Assembly: GCA_965262725.1 (NCBI GenBank) | Contig: OZ253555.1 | Span: 3,488,001-3,552,000, forward strand | DNA from: Dehalococcoidia bacterium | GTDB taxonomy: Bacteria > Chloroflexota > Dehalococcoidia > UBA2979 | Length of the DNA stretch: 64,000 nucleotides | Direction of reading: 5' to 3' | Part shown: positions 35,635 to 47,125 of the stretch, in pieces | Numbering within the stretch: position 1 is the stretch's first letter | How the letters are laid out: each line of letters opens with the position of its first letter | The notes under the pieces: generated by a model | Seen by the model: only the letters and a program-made list of their open reading frames with translations | Database searches by the model: none | Told to the model about the DNA's origin: nothing | Position numbers and translations under genes: made by a program

Positions 35635-37008
35635 GTGGCGTCGATTCTCGAGCGCTACGAGGCGCTGCACCCCGGCTCGAGGCGTCTCGCGCTGCGAGCC
35701 GGTCGCGTCTTCCCCACCGGTGTTACGCACGACCTCCGGGCCTTCTCCCCGTTTCCCCTCTACGCCGAGCGCGCGGAGGGGGCGCGCAAGTGGGACGTCG
35801 ACGGGAACGAGCTCGTCGACTACATCGGCGGTCACGGCGCGCTGCTGCTCGGCCACAACCGGCCCGAGGTGATGGAGGCGGTCAAAGAGGCGCTCTCCGA
35901 CGGCACGCACTTCGGCTCCTCGCACCGGCGCGAAGTCGAGTGGGCGGAGCAGGTGCTCGCCATGGTGCCGTGCGGGGAGCGCGTGCGGTTCACGAGTTCC
36001 GGCACCGAGGCGACGATGATGGCGCTTCGGTTGGCGCGCGCCTACACGGGCCGGGAACACGTCGTCAAGCTCGCCGAGCACTTCCACGGCTGGCACGACC
36101 TCGTGACGGGTCGCACAACGCCCGACGATCCCCGGCCCGAATCGCCGGGCGTCCCGGAGGGGTTCTTCGACTCGCTGACGGTGCTCCCCGCGGGCGATGA
36201 GGAGGCGCTGCGCGAGCGGCTGTCGAAGCGCGACGTCGCCGCCGTGATCGTCGAGCCGACCGGTGCGCACTGGGGCAGGCACCCCCTTCCGGCCTCCTAC
36301 CTCGTCACGGCGCGGGAGGCCACGGCCCAGACGGGCGCCCTGCTCGTCCTCGACGAGGTGATCACGGGCTTCCGGCTGGCACCCGGCGGCGCCCAGGAGC
36401 GCTTTGGCATCGTCCCCGATCTCTCCACGCACGCGAAGATCCTCGCCGGCGGCCTCCCCGGCGGCTGCGTGACCGGACGCGGCGACATCCTCTCGATGCT
36501 TGAGATGCGCGACGGAGACGGCGACTGGAACCGCCGCCTGCGTGTTCACCACCCGGGAACGTTCAACGCCAACCCCGTCTCCGCCGCCGCCGGGAGGGCC
36601 GCGCTGCGGTTGATCGCGGACGGTACGGAGACGACCCGCGCCGATGCGACCTGCGGACGGCTGGTGCGCGGGCTCAATTCCCTCTTCGAGGAGCTCGATG
36701 TCGCGGCATCGGCATGGGCCTTCTCCTCGATGTGGCATCTCAATCTCGGAGCCCCCGACGACGGCGATGTCCATCGACCCGCTGATGTCGAATGGGACGC
36801 GCCCGGCGACCCGCCGGGCGTGCGCCCCGACCTCGAGCGCCCGCTGAAGTGCGCCCTCGCCACCCACGGCGTCGATCTGATGGGAACGGGCGGGATGGTC
36901 TCGTCGGCGCACGGCGACGCCGAGATCGACCGCACGCTCGACGCCTTCCGCCACTCGATCGGCGACCTCCGCGCCGACGGGTTCTTGGCCTCGGTGTCGC
37001 TCCGATAG
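35635..37008 (+). CDS. class III aminotransferase (glutamate-1-semialdehyde aminomutase-like)
   Basis: WDVDGNELVDY, SGTEATM, FHGWHD, DEVITGFR, AKILAGGLP, GTFNANP. Confidence 0.9.
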   Translation: MASILERYEALHPGSRRLALRAGRVFPTGVTHDLRAFSPFPLYAERAEGARKWDVDGNELVDYIGGHGALLLGHNRPEVMEAVKEALSDGTHFGSSHRREVEWAEQVLAMVPCGERVRFTSSGTEATMMALRLARAYTGREHVVKLAEHFHGWHDLVTGRTTPDDPRPESPGVPEGFFDSLTVLPAGDEEALRERLSKRDVAAVIVEPTGAHWGRHPLPASYLVTAREATAQTGALLVLDEVITGFRLAPGGAQERFGIVPDLSTHAKILAGGLPGGCVTGRGDILSMLEMRDGDGDWNRRLRVHHPGTFNANPVSAAAGRAALRLIADGTETTRADATCGRLVRGLNSLFEELDVAASAWAFSSMWHLNLGAPDDGDVHRPADVEWDAPGDPPGVRPDLERPLKCALATHGVDLMGTGGMVSSAHGDAEIDRTLDAFRHSIGDLRADGFLASVSLR

Positions 37009-37081
37009 AGGTTGCTCAGATGGGCGGGACGACGTCCTCCGGGGGTCTCCGCTTGCCGCACCGCCTGCTGCGTGGATAATG

Positions 37082-37103
37082 GATTGTGCCGGATCACACA
37101 ATC
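37082..37103. promoter_or_regulatory. palindromic operator candidate GATTGTG-N8-CACAATC
   Basis: Perfect 7-bp arms about 40 bp upstream of the XRE gene, next to GATAAT. Confidence 0.5.
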
Positions 37104-37143
37104 GCTGGCGCGGTGACGCGCCGGTCAGCTAGGGGAGACTGGA

Positions 37144-37485
37144 ATGACCAGCATGCGCTCCGAGTTCGCGAGGCGGCGCGCCACCGGGAAGCGAATTCGC
37201 GAGTGGCGGCAGCGCCGCGCGCTCTCGCAGGCCGCGGTTGCACGCGCCGCCGACATCACGCAGGCGTCCCTCTCCAACTACGAGACCGGGAAGCGCGATC
37301 TCCCGCTCTCCACCCTGCTCAACCTCTCCGCAGCGCTCGACGTCCCGATCGGCGACCTGATCGCAACGCCCGACGTGATCGTCGTCAGAGACTCGAGGCT
37401 CGGCTCGGTCGTCCGCACGCTCACCATGCGGCCCGACCTCGCCTCCGTCGTCACCGAGAGAGAGGCGGCCACGGCCGCCTCCTAG
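37144..37485 (+). CDS. XRE-family HTH transcriptional regulator
   Basis: IREWRQRRALSQAAVA...TQASLSNYETGKR. Confidence 0.85.
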   Translation: MTSMRSEFARRRATGKRIREWRQRRALSQAAVARAADITQASLSNYETGKRDLPLSTLLNLSAALDVPIGDLIATPDVIVVRDSRLGSVVRTLTMRPDLASVVTEREAATAAS

Positions 37486-37701
37486 GGGCGCCTCCTCTGG
37501 CCAACCGGCAGGCTGTGCGCCCCACGGAGGTACGAGCCTGCCCCGCCCCACGCGATCCCGGCCGCCCGGCGTCGGTTCGCGGTGGCGGCGTATACCCTGC
37601 GTATACTCTGTCGGCGTAGAGAGCCTGGCCCACGGCCGGCACTCGTGCGATCCCTAGAGGGGCTCGCGACCCATCGCACACGGCAGGGAAGGTGCGGCCC
37701 C

Positions 37702-39102
37702 GTGGTCGACCACAGAGCCACAACCGTCCGGGAGCTGCGCGAGTCGGGCTACGAGCTGCGGCCGGTGCGCGAGGAGATGCGCCTCAACCTGATCGCGGGG
37801 CTCCGGGACGACCGCGATCTCTTCCCCGGGATCATCGGGTACGACGAGACGGTCCTGCCCAGGCTTCAGAACGCCATCCTCTCCGCGCAGGACATTATCC
37901 TCCTCGGCGAGCGCGGACAGGCGAAGACTCGGATCCTCCGCGGCCTCACCGCGCTCCTCGACGAGTGGACGCCGGTGCTCGACGGCGTCGAGATCCCGGA
38001 GAACCCCTTCGCCCCCATCAGCGCGCCGGGTCGCCAGCTCGTGGACGAGCAGGGCGAGAACGCCCCCATCCGCTGGATGCACCGCTCCGAGCGCTACGCC
38101 GAGAAGCTCGCGACTCCCGACATCACGATCGCCGACCTCATCGGCGAGGTGGATCCGATCAAGGTCGCCGAGGGGCGCTACCTCTCTGACGAGCTGACGA
38201 TGCACTACGGCCTGATCCCACACACCAACCGCGGCATCTTCGCGATCAACGAGCTGCCCGACCTCGCCGAGCGCATCCAGGTGGGTCTTCTCAACGTCAT
38301 GGAGGAGCGGGACATCCAGATCCGGGGGCACAAGGTCCGCCTCGCCCTGGACGTGCTGGTCGTCGCCACCGCCAACCCGGAGGACTACACGAACCGGGGG
38401 CGCATCATCACCCCCCTCAAGGACCGCTACGGCTCGCAGATCCGCACGCACTACCCGCAGGCGCTCGAGGACGAGATCGCGATCATGGAGGCGGAGGGGC
38501 ACAGCTACCGCTCCGACGAGTTCGAGGTCATCGTCCCCGAGCACATGAAGGAGATCGTCGCCGAAATCACGCGCCTCGCCAGGCGCTCGCCCGACGTGAA
38601 CCAGCGCTCGGGCGTCTCGGTGCGCGCGTCGGTCGCCAACTACGAGGCGCTGCTCGCGAACGCGCTGAGGCGCGCGATACGGCTGGGCGAGCGCTCCGTG
38701 GTTCCCCGCATCTCCGACCTGCCGTTCGTGATTCCCTCGCTGCAGGGAAAGGTGGAGTTCGAGACGGTCGAGGAGGGTCGCGACGAGCAGGTGGTCGAGC
38801 GGCTGCTCCAGGGGGCGGTGGTCGCCGTCTTCAACCGCCGCTGCTCCGTGACCGACCTCGCTCCGGTCATCGACGCCTTCTCCGAGGGGGCGTCGGTCGA
38901 GACCGGCGAGAACCTCCAGAGCGCGGCCTACCAGCAGCTGCTGGCCCACGTGGCGGGGCTTGGCGAGGCGGTCGAACGGGTCGCGCCGGGAGCGCCGCCC
39001 GCCGTCGAGGCCTCCGCGATCGAGTTCCTGCTCGAGGGGCTCCACCTCAACAAGCGCCTCAACAAGGAGGCGCTGGCCGGCCGGACGCGGTACCGGGGCT
39101 AG
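37702..39102 (+). CDS. Mg-chelatase ChlI-like AAA+ ATPase (VWA-associated)
   Basis: LGERGQAKTR, EKLATPD, NELPDL, ANPEDYTNRGRIITPLKDR. Confidence 0.88.
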   Translation: MVDHRATTVRELRESGYELRPVREEMRLNLIAGLRDDRDLFPGIIGYDETVLPRLQNAILSAQDIILLGERGQAKTRILRGLTALLDEWTPVLDGVEIPENPFAPISAPGRQLVDEQGENAPIRWMHRSERYAEKLATPDITIADLIGEVDPIKVAEGRYLSDELTMHYGLIPHTNRGIFAINELPDLAERIQVGLLNVMEERDIQIRGHKVRLALDVLVVATANPEDYTNRGRIITPLKDRYGSQIRTHYPQALEDEIAIMEAEGHSYRSDEFEVIVPEHMKEIVAEITRLARRSPDVNQRSGVSVRASVANYEALLANALRRAIRLGERSVVPRISDLPFVIPSLQGKVEFETVEEGRDEQVVERLLQGAVVAVFNRRCSVTDLAPVIDAFSEGASVETGENLQSAAYQQLLAHVAGLGEAVERVAPGAPPAVEASAIEFLLEGLHLNKRLNKEALAGRTRYRG

Positions 39103-39106
39103 CGCC

Positions 39107-41275
39107 GTGGCGCCGCGCTACCGCTACAGCGAGTGGGACGGCTCGCAGGAGCTGCCGGCCCTAGACGCCGAGCAGGTGCTCGAGGCGCTCTCCGATGACC
39201 TCCTGAACTTCGGGGACCTCCAGCACGCTCTGAGGAACATGCTGCAGCGCGGGATCCGTGGCGGACCGGGCGAGCGCACGCCGGGGCTGCGAGACCTACT
39301 GCAGCGGGTGCGCGCCCAGCGCCGCGAGCGGCTCGATCGCTTCGACCTCGGCGGGGTGATGGAGAACGTGCACCGCGAGCTCGCGGAGCTCCTCGCCCTG
39401 GAGCGCGAGACGCTCGAGCGGCGGCTGCGCGAAGCCAGCGACGAGCTCTCCCCCGGTACGGCGGACGCCGCGGATGCCGAGGCTCGGGCGGGAGATACGG
39501 GCGCCGACGCCGACGCGGAGGGCGGCGGGGAGGCCCCGGCGCCCGAGGGGGGCCAGCAGCCCGCGACGCCGGGCGACGCGACGGGAGCGGGCGGCGAGGA
39601 TGCCGACCTCGCGCGCATGCTGCGGCGGATCGTCGAGCGCAAGCAGCGCTTCCTCGACGAGCTGCCTCCCGACGCCCCCGGCCAGATCGGCGCCCTCCAA
39701 GGCTACGAGTTCCTCGACCCCGACGCGCAGCACCGCTTCCAGGACCTGCTCCGTCAGCTGCGCGAGGGGATGGCCGAGTCCTTCTTCCGGGACGTGTCGA
39801 AGATGGTCCAGGAGATGTCCGACGGCGACACCGAGCGGATGAAGCAGATGGTGCGCGATCTCAACGACATGCTGACCCAGCGCATGCGTGGCGAGGAACC
39901 CGACTTCGACTCCTTCCTTCAGCGCTACGGCGACATGCTCGGCGAGAACCCGCCCCAGAACCTCGATGATCTCATCGAGCAGCTCCAGGCCCAAGCGCGC
40001 GCTCTGCGGTCGCTGATGGAGTCGCTCCCTCCCGGCCACCGCCAGCAGCTCGAGAGCCTGCTCTCGGAGAAGCTCGGAGACGAGGAGCTGCGCGCGGAGC
40101 TCTTCGAGCTCGCCCAGAACATCGAGTTCCTCTCACCGTCCGGGGAGCGCCAGCCGGGCGCCTATCCCTTCCGCGGCGACGAGGAACTAGACCTGCAAGC
40201 CGCCCTCGGGCTGATGGACGAGATGCACGAGATCGACGCGCTCGAGCGCGGGCTGGAGCGAGCGCAGTACGGGGGCGATCTCGACCACGTCGATCGCGAC
40301 GCTCTGCGTGAGTTGCTCGGCGACGACGCCGCCGAGGATCTCGACCGGCTCTCGGAGCTCCTCAAGATGCTGGAGCGGGCCGGCTACCTGCGCCGCGACG
40401 GCGACGAGTGGGAGCTCACGCCGCGGGGGACGCGCCTCATCGGCCAGAAGGCGCTGGTCGAGATCTACCAGCAGCTGCGCCGCTACGGCTTCGGCTTCGG
40501 CGACCACGCCCTCCCCGAATCGGGCCGCCACGGCGAACGCACCGACGACACGAAGCCGTACGAATTCGGCGATCCCTTCCACCTCCACATCGAGCGCACG
40601 GTCATGAACGCGCTGGAGCGCGGCGGCCCGAGCACGCCGGTTAAGCTCTCGGCCGACGACTTCGCGATCTACCGGTCGGAGCAGCTGACACAGACCGCGA
40701 CCGTGATGATGGTCGACCTCTCGTGGTCGATGGCGCTGAGGGGCTCCTTCCAGGCCGCCAAGAAGGTGGCGATGGCCCTCCACAACCTGATCCGCTCGCA
40801 GTATCCGCGCGACAGCCTCTACCTCGTCGGATTCTCGGCCTACGCGCGGGAGCTGCGCCCCGAGGAGCTCCCCTACGTGCGCTGGGACGAGTCGGTGCTC
40901 GGCACCAACATGCACCACGCGCTGATGCTCGCCGAGCGGCTGCTGGCCCGCCACCGCGGCGGCACGAGGCAGATCCTGATGATCACCGACGGCGAGCCCA
41001 CGGCCCACCTCGAGCACGGCCGCTCGCGATTCGCCTACCCGCCGAGCCCGGCCACGATCCGCGAGACGCTGAAGGCGGTCATGCGCGTCTCCCGACAGGA
41101 CATCACGATCAACACGTTCATGCTCGATCGCAGCTACTACCTGAAGGACTTCGTCAACCAGCTGGCGAAGATCAACGGCGGCCGCGTCTTCTACACCACG
41201 CCGGACAAGCTCGGGGAGTACATCCTCGTCGACTACCTGCAGAACAAGCGACAGCGGCTCTCCGCGCGATCGTAG
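39107..41275 (+). CDS. VWA-domain protein
   Basis: RYRYSEWDGSQ start; MIDAS DLSWSM, GTNMHHAL, ITDGEPTAH. Confidence 0.88.
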   Translation: MAPRYRYSEWDGSQELPALDAEQVLEALSDDLLNFGDLQHALRNMLQRGIRGGPGERTPGLRDLLQRVRAQRRERLDRFDLGGVMENVHRELAELLALERETLERRLREASDELSPGTADAADAEARAGDTGADADAEGGGEAPAPEGGQQPATPGDATGAGGEDADLARMLRRIVERKQRFLDELPPDAPGQIGALQGYEFLDPDAQHRFQDLLRQLREGMAESFFRDVSKMVQEMSDGDTERMKQMVRDLNDMLTQRMRGEEPDFDSFLQRYGDMLGENPPQNLDDLIEQLQAQARALRSLMESLPPGHRQQLESLLSEKLGDEELRAELFELAQNIEFLSPSGERQPGAYPFRGDEELDLQAALGLMDEMHEIDALERGLERAQYGGDLDHVDRDALRELLGDDAAEDLDRLSELLKMLERAGYLRRDGDEWELTPRGTRLIGQKALVEIYQQLRRYGFGFGDHALPESGRHGERTDDTKPYEFGDPFHLHIERTVMNALERGGPSTPVKLSADDFAIYRSEQLTQTATVMMVDLSWSMALRGSFQAAKKVAMALHNLIRSQYPRDSLYLVGFSAYARELRPEELPYVRWDESVLGTNMHHALMLAERLLARHRGGTRQILMITDGEPTAHLEHGRSRFAYPPSPATIRETLKAVMRVSRQDITINTFMLDRSYYLKDFVNQLAKINGGRVFYTTPDKLGEYILVDYLQNKRQRLSARS

Positions 41276-41316
41276 GCGCGAGGGACCGCGCCACGGCGAC
41301 CCACTAAGCTCGCGGC

Positions 41317-42352
41317 ATGCGGCGCCTGATCGTCCCCCTGGCCTCCATTCACCTGCTCTTCGCCGTCGGCGCCGCGTGGTACGCCTTCGTCGAGGGCTTC
41401 GGCCTCTTCGACGGCATCTACATGGTCGTGATCACGCTCACCACGGTCGGCTACGAGGAGGTGCGCCCGCTCGACGCCAGCGGGCGGATCTTCACGATGC
41501 TCTTCGTTCTCAGCGGGGTCGGGCTGATGTTCTACACCGCGGTCGCCCTCGTCGAGCACGTGATCGTGAGCAGCGTCGTCGAGGGGATCGGCGAGCGGCG
41601 GTTGAGCCGGAGGTTACGCCAGATGCGAGACCACATCGTCGTATGCGGATTCGGGCGGGTCGGTCAGGAGGTCGCCCGCGAGCTCGCGCGCCGCGGTGAG
41701 TCGCTCCTCATCATCGACCGCGACAAGGATGTCTGCGAACGGGCGCGCGACACCGGGCACACCGTCCTCCTCGGCGATGCGACCGACGAGGACGTGCTCG
41801 AGCAGGCCGACGTCGAGCGCGCCTGCGCTGATCGCGGCGGCGGACTCCGACGTCGTCAACGCCTTCACCGTGCTCACCGCGCGCGCCCTCAACCCGTCGA
41901 TGGACATCGTTGCCCGGGCCGGTAGCGACTCCGGCGAGCACCGGCTCACGACGGCGGGCGCAAACCGCGTGATCTCCCCGTACCGCATTGCCGGGCGGCG
42001 GATGGCGCTCGCGGCCACGCAGCCCCTCATCCAGGAGATCGTCGACCTCTTCGCGGCGCAGCGGCCGGAGGGCGAGCAGCTCTTCGCCGAGCTCGGGATA
42101 TCGGAAGACGCCGCAGCGCTTCCCGGGCGCACCGTCGGCGCCGTCCTCCCGAGCTCCGACCGAACGCGCGTGCTCGGGCTCCTGCGGGCCGACGGCGAGT
42201 TCATCGCGGGACCGGCCGTCGAGACGCCGCTTCAGTCCGGCGACCGTCTCATGATCTTCGGGGTCGAGTCGGAGATTCAGGAGATCGCGCACCGGCTCGA
42301 ACGCACGGCCGAGGCGCCGGCCCGCCCGACGTCCGCCGGCGGGAGCGGATAG
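41317..42352 (+). pseudogene. two-TM K+ channel with RCK (TrkA-N/C) domains, frameshift near 41822
   Basis: ITLTTVGYEE pore and VCGFGRVG, GDAT in frame 41317; the RCK continues (ALIAAADSD...IVARA...AGANRVISP) in frame 41696. Confidence 0.75.
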
Positions 42353-42422
42353 GCGCTCGTCGCCGCCAATCGCCGCCGCACCCCCGAGCGTCGGCTACCA
42401 TCGGGCACTGACGGGAGACGCG

Positions 42423-43427
42423 ATGGACGCGTCCGCTCGCCTCGCCTGGATCATCCGCAACCCCTCGGCCCGGAGCGCGCCCTCCGAGGCCCGGCTTCGG
42501 GCCGCGGCCGAGCCGCTGCGCCGCCGCGGCTGGCAGATCGAGATGCGCAGCACGGAGTCGCCGGGCGACGCGGAGTCGCTGACACGCGAGGCGCTGGCCG
42601 CCGGCGCCGCGACGATCGTCGCGGCGGGCGGCGACGGGACGGTTCACGAGGTCGCCAACGGGCTCGCGGGGAGCGACGGGGCCCTCGGCGTGATCGCGTG
42701 CGGGACCGCGAACGTGTGGGCCCGCGAGATGCGGCTGCCCCCCTCCCCGGAGCGGGCGCTCGCGCTCGTGGCGAGCGGATGGCGCGCCCGCCTCGACCTC
42801 GGTGAAGCCGCCCTCTCGAACGGCCGCGGCGCGAGGCGCTTCCTCCTGATGGCCGGCGCCGGCCTCGACGGCTCCGTGGTGCGCGCGATGCACGGGCGGC
42901 GTAGCGCCAAGCGCATCGGCGGGCGGGCGGCGTTCGGTCCCGCGATCGTCGACGCCGCGCTGCGAGCGCGGCCCCTCCCCGTCCACGTCACGGCCGGAGG
43001 ACGGGTACTGCACCGGGAGCTGTGGCAGGCGGTCTGCGGCAACACCCGGAGCTTCGCGGGCGTGCTCGAGCTGACGGCCGACGCGCGCGCCGATGACGGG
43101 GCGCTCGACCTTCTGCTGCTGTCGGGTGGCGGGCGCCGGAGGCAGGCCGCGCTGATCGCGCGCTCCCTCAGGGGCGCGCTCCACCGCCGCCGGGCGCCGG
43201 GAATCGACTACCTACGTCACGCCGCGCTCGTGATCGCGCTGGACGCCGGGGCGAGCGCTCCGCTCGAGGTACAGGCCGACGGCGAGCCCCTGGGCGTCGT
43301 CGATCCCGGAAGCGAACTCCGTCTGCGCGCGCTCCCCGCAGCGCTCGTCGCAATGCTGCCGCGCCGCCCGACGCCGCTGCTCGCCGCGCGTCCCCAGCCG
43401 CCTGAGCACCCGGCGAGGCGCGGCTAG
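42423..43427 (+). CDS. diacylglycerol/lipid kinase (YegS/DAGK family)
   Basis: NPSA, AGGDGTVHEVANG, GTANV, GAGLD, QADGE. Confidence 0.9.
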   Translation: MDASARLAWIIRNPSARSAPSEARLRAAAEPLRRRGWQIEMRSTESPGDAESLTREALAAGAATIVAAGGDGTVHEVANGLAGSDGALGVIACGTANVWAREMRLPPSPERALALVASGWRARLDLGEAALSNGRGARRFLLMAGAGLDGSVVRAMHGRRSAKRIGGRAAFGPAIVDAALRARPLPVHVTAGGRVLHRELWQAVCGNTRSFAGVLELTADARADDGALDLLLLSGGGRRRQAALIARSLRGALHRRRAPGIDYLRHAALVIALDAGASAPLEVQADGEPLGVVDPGSELRLRALPAALVAMLPRRPTPLLAARPQPPEHPARRG

Positions 43428-44665
43428 GACGGCGCCTGGTCGACCGCCCGCAGCTCGCCGGCGGCGAGGAGCAGCCGGCGCTCGCCGACGATGGCGCCCG
43501 GCGGCGGTCGCGTCGAGTCCGGCGTCGTCACGACGAGCTGATCGACCGCGTACGCCACCGCGATCACCCGCTCGCGCCTGCGGGCATCCAGCTCCGAGAG
43601 AACGTCGTCGAGCAGGAGCACCGGCGGCTCCCCCGTGCGGGAGCGGAAGAGCTCGACCTCGGCGAGTCGCAGGGCGAGCGCCGCGCCGCGCTGCTGGCCA
43701 CGAGAGGCGGTGGTCGCCAGGTCGCGGCCGCCCAGCAAGAACGCGACGTCGTCGCGGTGCGGGCCGATGCGCGTCACGCCCGCCGCGACATCGTCCCGGC
43801 GACGCTCGGCCAGCGTCTCGCGGAACGCCTGCGAGAGCCAGCCTCCCGTGGCGTCGCCCCCGGCGAGCAGTTCGCGGGCGAGACCCTCCGGGAGCGCCGG
43901 CCGGTAGCACGGCCGAAGAGGCGCATCCCCCGGGGCCAGCTCGGCGTAGCGCTCGGCGGCGGCGGCGGCGAGCTGCTCGACCGAACGGGCGCGCTCGGCA
44001 AGCAGCACCGCGCCGGCCGCTGCGAGCTCCTCGTCCCAGAAGTCGAGCTCATCGGGGCGCCCGCGTCGCTCGGCGAGCCGGCGCAACAGGCTGTTGCGCT
44101 GCTGCAGGACGCGCGCGTAGCGCTGCGCCGCCCGCACGTACCTCCCGTCGAGCTGCGAGAGCGTGAGATCGAGATAGCGCCGCCTGGCCGCGGGCGGCCC
44201 GGACACGACCCCGAGGTCGCCGGCGGAGAAGAGCACCACCCGCAGCGTCCCCACCAGGTCGGAGGCCCTCCGCGCCACGCCGTTGAGCCGGAAGCGGCGG
44301 CCGGTCGGCGGAGGAGGCGCGTCGGCCGCTCCCGGTGGCGGGCCGCCGTCCGCGCTTCCGGCCGGCGTGGAGAGCGTCCGCGCGGCGACGGTCATCTCCA
44401 CCGTGTCGCTGCCGCCCGCGCTCTCGACGCGTCCCGCGAAGCGGGCGGCGGGGAGGGGCTCCTCGCGGAGCGCCGCCCACGAGATCAGCTCGACATCGGT
44501 CCCCGGTCGCTGGCTGCGGGTGGTCGCGAGGAGCGCGATCGCCTCGAGCAGGTTGCTCTTCCCCTCGGCGTTCCCGCCGACGACGACGTACGAGCCCCGC
44601 CCCAGGTCGAGCTCCAGCCGGCGGAACGAGCGGACGTTGAGAAGCGAAAGATGCGAGAGATGCAT
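43424..44665 (-). CDS. recF: DNA replication/repair protein RecF
   Basis: GGNAEGKSNLLEAI, RRRYLD, GPHRDD, SRGQQR, LLLDDVLSELD. Confidence 0.95.
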   Translation of the reverse strand: MHLSHLSLLNVRSFRRLELDLGRGSYVVVGGNAEGKSNLLEAIALLATTRSQRPGTDVELISWAALREEPLPAARFAGRVESAGGSDTVEMTVAARTLSTPAGSADGGPPPGAADAPPPPTGRRFRLNGVARRASDLVGTLRVVLFSAGDLGVVSGPPAARRRYLDLTLSQLDGRYVRAAQRYARVLQQRNSLLRRLAERRGRPDELDFWDEELAAAGAVLLAERARSVEQLAAAAAERYAELAPGDAPLRPCYRPALPEGLARELLAGGDATGGWLSQAFRETLAERRRDDVAAGVTRIGPHRDDVAFLLGGRDLATTASRGQQRGAALALRLAEVELFRSRTGEPPVLLLDDVLSELDARRRERVIAVAYAVDQLVVTTPDSTRPPPGAIVGERRLLLAAGELRAVDQAPS

Positions 44666-44827
44666 GCGGCCACTCCCTCGCCCCCGAATCCACCGCCGGC
44701 CGGGGCCGACGGTCGCACCACTATCGACGCCCGACGCGCTCCCGTGAAGCGCCGCGAACGCGCCGGCACGCCGGCCGGAGCGGACGCTCCCTCCCCTGCG
44801 GGCCGGGGGAGACCGCAGGCTTCCCGG

Positions 44828-45937
44828 CTAGGGTCGGTAGAGGCGCTCCGTCCACGGGAGCGGGTCGACGTTGATCCCCCACACCGTGATCTCCCAGTGC
44901 AGGTGCGGCCCCGTGGCGAGACCGGTGGAACCGATCGCCCCGATCACCTGCCCTGCTTCGACGGCGTCCCCGGCCGCCACCTCCTCGGCGTCGAGGTGGT
45001 GGTAGCCGCTGAGCACGCCAGCTCCGTGGTCAATGATGATGGAGCGCCCGCGGATCGGCATCTCGCCCACCCAGATGACGCGGCCCGGCGCGGCCGCGAG
45101 CACCGGCGTCCCGAGGGCGTTCGCAAGATCCGTGCCGGTGTGCGATGCGCCGACCGGCCCGCCGTTGATGGAGCGCGCCGAGCCGAACTGGGTCATGATC
45201 ACACCACGGGCAGGGACACGGAAGGGCGCATCCCAGCGCGGCACGTGGTCGTAGGTGGAGAACTGCTGCGCGCGCAGCCGCGCCTCCTCCTCGACCGACT
45301 CCGGCGCGAGGAGTGCGGTCATCACCGCCGCCGGTAGCTGAAGCTGATCGACGGGCCGCTCCACCGCGATGACCTCGTAGCTGCGCTCGATGACGTCGAT
45401 CAGCCTGCCGGAGGTGGTCCGCGTCTCGATCGAGAGGAGCGCCGGGCCCGGTCCAGCGCCAACCGGAACGCCCACCACGCCCCAGAACAGATCGTCCTCC
45501 GGCACCAGGGGGACGGTCTCGTCGCGGTAGCGCAGCATCGCGAACGCGGCGCCGGGGGCCGCGACGGAGACGACCATCGCCTCGCCGTTGCCGACGACCT
45601 CGGGCTCCACCTCGACCAGTGCCGGCTCCGCGGGCGCCGCGTCCAAAGCGGCCGACGCCTCCGCCGGTGTGGCCGTCCCGAGCGATCCGGCCGCCGTCGG
45701 GGTCGCGGCCGCGGGGGAGGCCGGCGCGGCCGGCGTCGGGCCGGCCGGCGTCGCGACCACGGCCGCGCCGAGCCTCTGCCTGACCGCCACTGGCTGAGCT
45801 GCGGGCTTCCCGCCGAGCTGCGACACCCACGCGCCCGCGGCCGCCGCGGCGAGCAGTAGCGCCACCAGCAGCAGCGCGACCCTGACGGTGAGCACGCGCC
45901 CCGCGACGCCTGACCGTCGCTCGCGATCCTCCCTCAC
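44828..45937 (-). CDS. M23-family metallopeptidase, membrane-anchored
   Basis: N-terminal TM, HTGTD, GYHHL, GPHLHWE; start uncertain. Confidence 0.9.
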   Translation of the reverse strand: MREDRERRSGVAGRVLTVRVALLLVALLLAAAAAGAWVSQLGGKPAAQPVAVRQRLGAAVVATPAGPTPAAPASPAAATPTAAGSLGTATPAEASAALDAAPAEPALVEVEPEVVGNGEAMVVSVAAPGAAFAMLRYRDETVPLVPEDDLFWGVVGVPVGAGPGPALLSIETRTTSGRLIDVIERSYEVIAVERPVDQLQLPAAVMTALLAPESVEEEARLRAQQFSTYDHVPRWDAPFRVPARGVIMTQFGSARSINGGPVGASHTGTDLANALGTPVLAAAPGRVIWVGEMPIRGRSIIIDHGAGVLSGYHHLDAEEVAAGDAVEAGQVIGAIGSTGLATGPHLHWEITVWGINVDPLPWTERLYRP

Positions 45938-46042
45938 CCACCGAACTCCATCGTCGTCGTGCCCCCGATTCGCTCTCCGAGCATGCCACGGCCGACATTG
46001 CCCGCAAGATGGGCGGCGGCCGCACGTAGTCTCCCCCGGTTT

Positions 46043-46051
46043 TGCTATACT
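46043..46051 (+). promoter_or_regulatory. extended -10 promoter candidate for the moxR operon
   Basis: TGCTATACT about 115 bp upstream of 46165. Confidence 0.45.
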
Positions 46052-46164
46052 CCGCTGCCCCCTGTGGAGCGACCGCCTGATGGTATCCACGGCGGCCCGA
46101 CCCGCCCGGCGATCGGCGGTTCTGGCACCCGCCGGTGGTCCTGAGCGACCGGAGGTGAGGTGTC

Positions 46165-47121
<957 letters not shown>

Positions 47122-47125
47122 CGCC

